Shown: in pieces, positions 25,612-28,088 of the stretch
Numbering within the stretch: the first letter of the stretch is position 1
Layout: each line of letters starts with the position of its first letter
Origin: Pseudobacteriovorax sp.
GTDB taxonomy: Bacteria > Bdellovibrionota_B > Oligoflexia > Oligoflexales > Oligoflexaceae
Assembly: GCA_050293845.1 (NCBI GenBank)
Contig: JBNKNM010000055.1
Coordinates: forward strand, 1 to 28,088
DNA: 28,088 bases
Direction: 5' to 3'
Translations under genes and position numbers: made by a program
The notes under the pieces: generated by a model
Seen by the model: the letters and a program-made list of their open reading frames with translations, nothing else
What the model was told of the DNA's origin: nothing
Database searches by the model: none

Positions 25612-26730
25612 ATGGTTCCTCTAAGAATATCAGATGTTAAGAAGTCGTTTCAGTCGACAAAAATATTAAAAGGAATCTCTCTAGATGTGAACCCTGGGGA
25701 GTTTGTTGTCTTAGTAGGTCCTTCTGGGTGTGGGAAGTCTACTCTTTTAAATATTATTGCCGGATTAGAAGAATTGACATCCGGGGAGATATTCATTGAC
25801 AATCGTCCTTTATCAGGTGTTAGCCCTAAAGATCGGGATATTGCCATGGTGTTCCAGTCTTACGCCCTATATCCGAATATGAACATAAGGAAAAATATTT
25901 CTTTTGGGTTGGAAAATCGCAAGACATCGAAGGATGTGATTGAAAAAACTATCAATGAAGTGGCGACCATGCTGCGAATTGAAGACCTATTAGATCGAAA
26001 ACCCTCTCAGCTCTCAGGGGGGCAGAGGCAGCGTGTGGCCATTGGGCGTGCTTTAGCACGGCACCCAAAAGTATTCCTTTTTGACGAGCCTTTAAGTAAT
26101 CTGGATGCCAAACTACGGGTAGATATGCGTTCAGAAATTAAGAGCTTACACCATCGTGTCAAAGCCACAGCAATTTATGTTACCCATGATCAGGTTGAAG
26201 CGATGACTTTAGCGGATCGTATAGCTGTGATGAAAGATGGTATCCTTCAGCAATTTGACACTCCTGACCAAGTTTATCGTAATCCTAAAAATCTTTTTGT
26301 AGCTAGTTTTATCGGCTCCCCCTCCATGAATTTTATTCCTTTTACCCCAAAGGAAGGGGATAATGGAGTAAAGATTGAATTACAGCTTAACGAACAAGAT
26401 ATGCTCAGCTTCAATTTAGATGAAAAGTTTGCCGACTTGAAACCTTGGGTCGGCAAAGAAATCATTTTAGGGGTGAGGCCAGAGCATATAGCTAATGGTT
26501 TTAGAGAGCATAAAAGTGAGGATCGCATCCTATCCTTTGATATTTCAATCAAATCATTAGAGCCTACAGGTGCAGATACGCAGGTGGGTTTCGATCTTGG
26601 TGGTCGTCACGTGATCGGCAGAGTATCCCCAGCGGTAGCTCAAAAACTCGGTGATAAGATTCGATTATTTATGGATCGTAAAAGGCTATGTTTTTTCGAT
26701 CCAGAGACCCAAATGCGTATCGGGCAATAA
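25612..26730 (+). CDS. Sugar ABC transporter ATP-binding protein (MalK/UgpC family, GtsD-like)
   Basis: GPSGCGKST, LSGGQRQRVAIGR, FLFDEPLSNLD, YVTHDQVEAM, and C-terminal TOBE-type GVRPEHI. Confidence 0.96.
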   Translation: MVPLRISDVKKSFQSTKILKGISLDVNPGEFVVLVGPSGCGKSTLLNIIAGLEELTSGEIFIDNRPLSGVSPKDRDIAMVFQSYALYPNMNIRKNISFGLENRKTSKDVIEKTINEVATMLRIEDLLDRKPSQLSGGQRQRVAIGRALARHPKVFLFDEPLSNLDAKLRVDMRSEIKSLHHRVKATAIYVTHDQVEAMTLADRIAVMKDGILQQFDTPDQVYRNPKNLFVASFIGSPSMNFIPFTPKEGDNGVKIELQLNEQDMLSFNLDEKFADLKPWVGKEIILGVRPEHIANGFREHKSEDRILSFDISIKSLEPTGADTQVGFDLGGRHVIGRVSPAVAQKLGDKIRLFMDRKRLCFFDPETQMRIGQ

Positions 26731-27183
26731 CCTGTTACCTATATGGGTTGCTCCTTGTGGAATAGCTTTGGATGGAAAAATGAGAGCTGTGAAAATACTT
26801 GAGTCAAGTGCAAGAAGCCGGTAACAAGTACTAAGGATGTTGTCATAAATAAAAGCCTTGCGATAAAAAGGTATGGGAACAAATGCTTAGGTGAATATCG
26901 ATATTTACTCACGTGTTTACCTACATATTAGAAGTACTCATCATGGTTGAAAATTTACTTTTTGAATAAAATTTGCATTTATCAGTTGATTGTCACACTG
27001 AGTTAGGAAAAAAATATTTAATTCTTAAGGTTAACAGCCATTCTATGAATTTGTAGTATTTACACATAATTTTGGAAAACTAATATGTTTTGGAACCATC
27101 ATGAGATCATGATTAAATGGTAATTGTCTGTAGAGTTTAAAAGGTAGTTTAGAAATGTCTTGTGCTTCTGGGTATCGACAAAG

Positions 27184-27879
27184 CTAGTTTTCTAAACTGA
27201 TAGCGGGAATAGATAGTTTTTGAATATAAGGTTTTTTAACTTCCTCGCGAAGTGCACTTAGAGTATTCGCTGGCCAGCTTTCTTGAATCATATTGACAAG
27301 CCAGCTGGGAATCATACCCCCAGGATCGACGTTTACCATCAGCAACACTTCAGTTCTGTTAGGAGCAACGGGAACTAAGACCCACTTTGTTAAGTGAATA
27401 AACCCTCTAACACCAACACTTTCTTGGGGGGCATTGGGGTGAGCTGTTGCATCTTTAATATCGATGATAACGGTATTACCACTTGTTGTTTTAAGCTTAG
27501 CAGAGTAGACAAAGTCTCGGTCACTGACGGGCCATGGTTGATCGTATATTTCGTAATAGGTGCGCTCGAATTGGCCCTCTCTGGCAATCTCCTCAGAGCT
27601 GACCATAAGATCTAGCCAATTAGGTTTGTATTTGCTAGCGGTTATCGTCCAAATAATCTTTTCTATGGGAGAATCAAAAACAGTAAGGCCACTAAACCCC
27701 ATGACAGGAGAGTTCTTGGAGTTCTTCCTCATCACCTTTATATCTCTATCATTTTCACTAACTGTTTCCCACCCCTTCGTAAAAGATTCCAAATAACTTG
27801 AGGAAGCGGCAATCGCACTGTTAGCCATTAATAGAGATAGAACTAACCAAAGAGAATACATTATTCGGGTCCTCTTCAC
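27184..27879 (-). CDS. Secreted START-domain (lipid-binding) protein
   Basis: Signal peptide (SAIA), PWPVSDRDFVY and VDPGGMIPSWLVN. GTG start 27879, or alternative ATG 27861 with GAGGA RBS. Confidence 0.88.
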   Translation of the reverse strand: MKRTRIMYSLWLVLSLLMANSAIAASSSYLESFTKGWETVSENDRDIKVMRKNSKNSPVMGFSGLTVFDSPIEKIIWTITASKYKPNWLDLMVSSEEIAREGQFERTYYEIYDQPWPVSDRDFVYSAKLKTTSGNTVIIDIKDATAHPNAPQESVGVRGFIHLTKWVLVPVAPNRTEVLLMVNVDPGGMIPSWLVNMIQESWPANTLSALREEVKKPYIQKLSIPAISLEN

Positions 27880-28088
27880 TATGGGTGTCAGTAGTATTCA
27901 CTAAGTATAGTGTGATCGATGTAGATTAGTCTAGGAGTATTATTGAATTAGGATTTTCGTTTGGAATATTAATTGGTAGTGGTTATTTAGTGTTTTCAAG
28001 TGTAAAAAGTGTGATTTCCGTTTTCCCAGAGACCTGCAATCAACATTAAACTTTGTGAAACGATATGAACCAGCCCTGTGGCAGGGCC

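Noticed and set aside
28073..28087. Hairpin GCCCTG-TGG-CAGGGC at the window end
   Set aside because: Truncated by the window edge; it cannot be classed as a terminator or a repeat or element end.

Overview
Bacterial chromosomal segment of moderately low GC, made mostly of housekeeping and accessory genes. It carries a sigma54 enhancer-binding protein (bEBP), a secreted Cys-rich small protein, a SWIM-SNF2 ATPase, glutathione reductase (gor), a REC-GGDEF diguanylate cyclase, a GT9 glycosyltransferase, trhO, a single-domain response regulator, DUF72, polA, three orphan lipoproteins, a LamB porin followed by a GtsABCD-like glucose ABC operon, and a secreted START-domain protein. The gene mix and the sigma54- and FliA-like promoters suggest a Bdellovibrionota/Oligoflexia-like organism (inference only). 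The most notable non-coding signal is at 1-30: an IS200/IS605-type terminal hairpin of the kind that forms the end of OMEGA (IscB/TnpB) RNA scaffolds, so ~31-50 could be a guide, but the element lies outside the window. Other leads are a 14-Cys Fn1/vWC-like secreted protein, a 13-bp hairpin that buries a ribosome-binding site (RBS), a decayed Zn-finger ORF with in-frame TGA codons, and a possible structured leader before lamB. No CRISPR array, rRNA or tRNA was seen, and no complete novel system can be demonstrated from this window alone.
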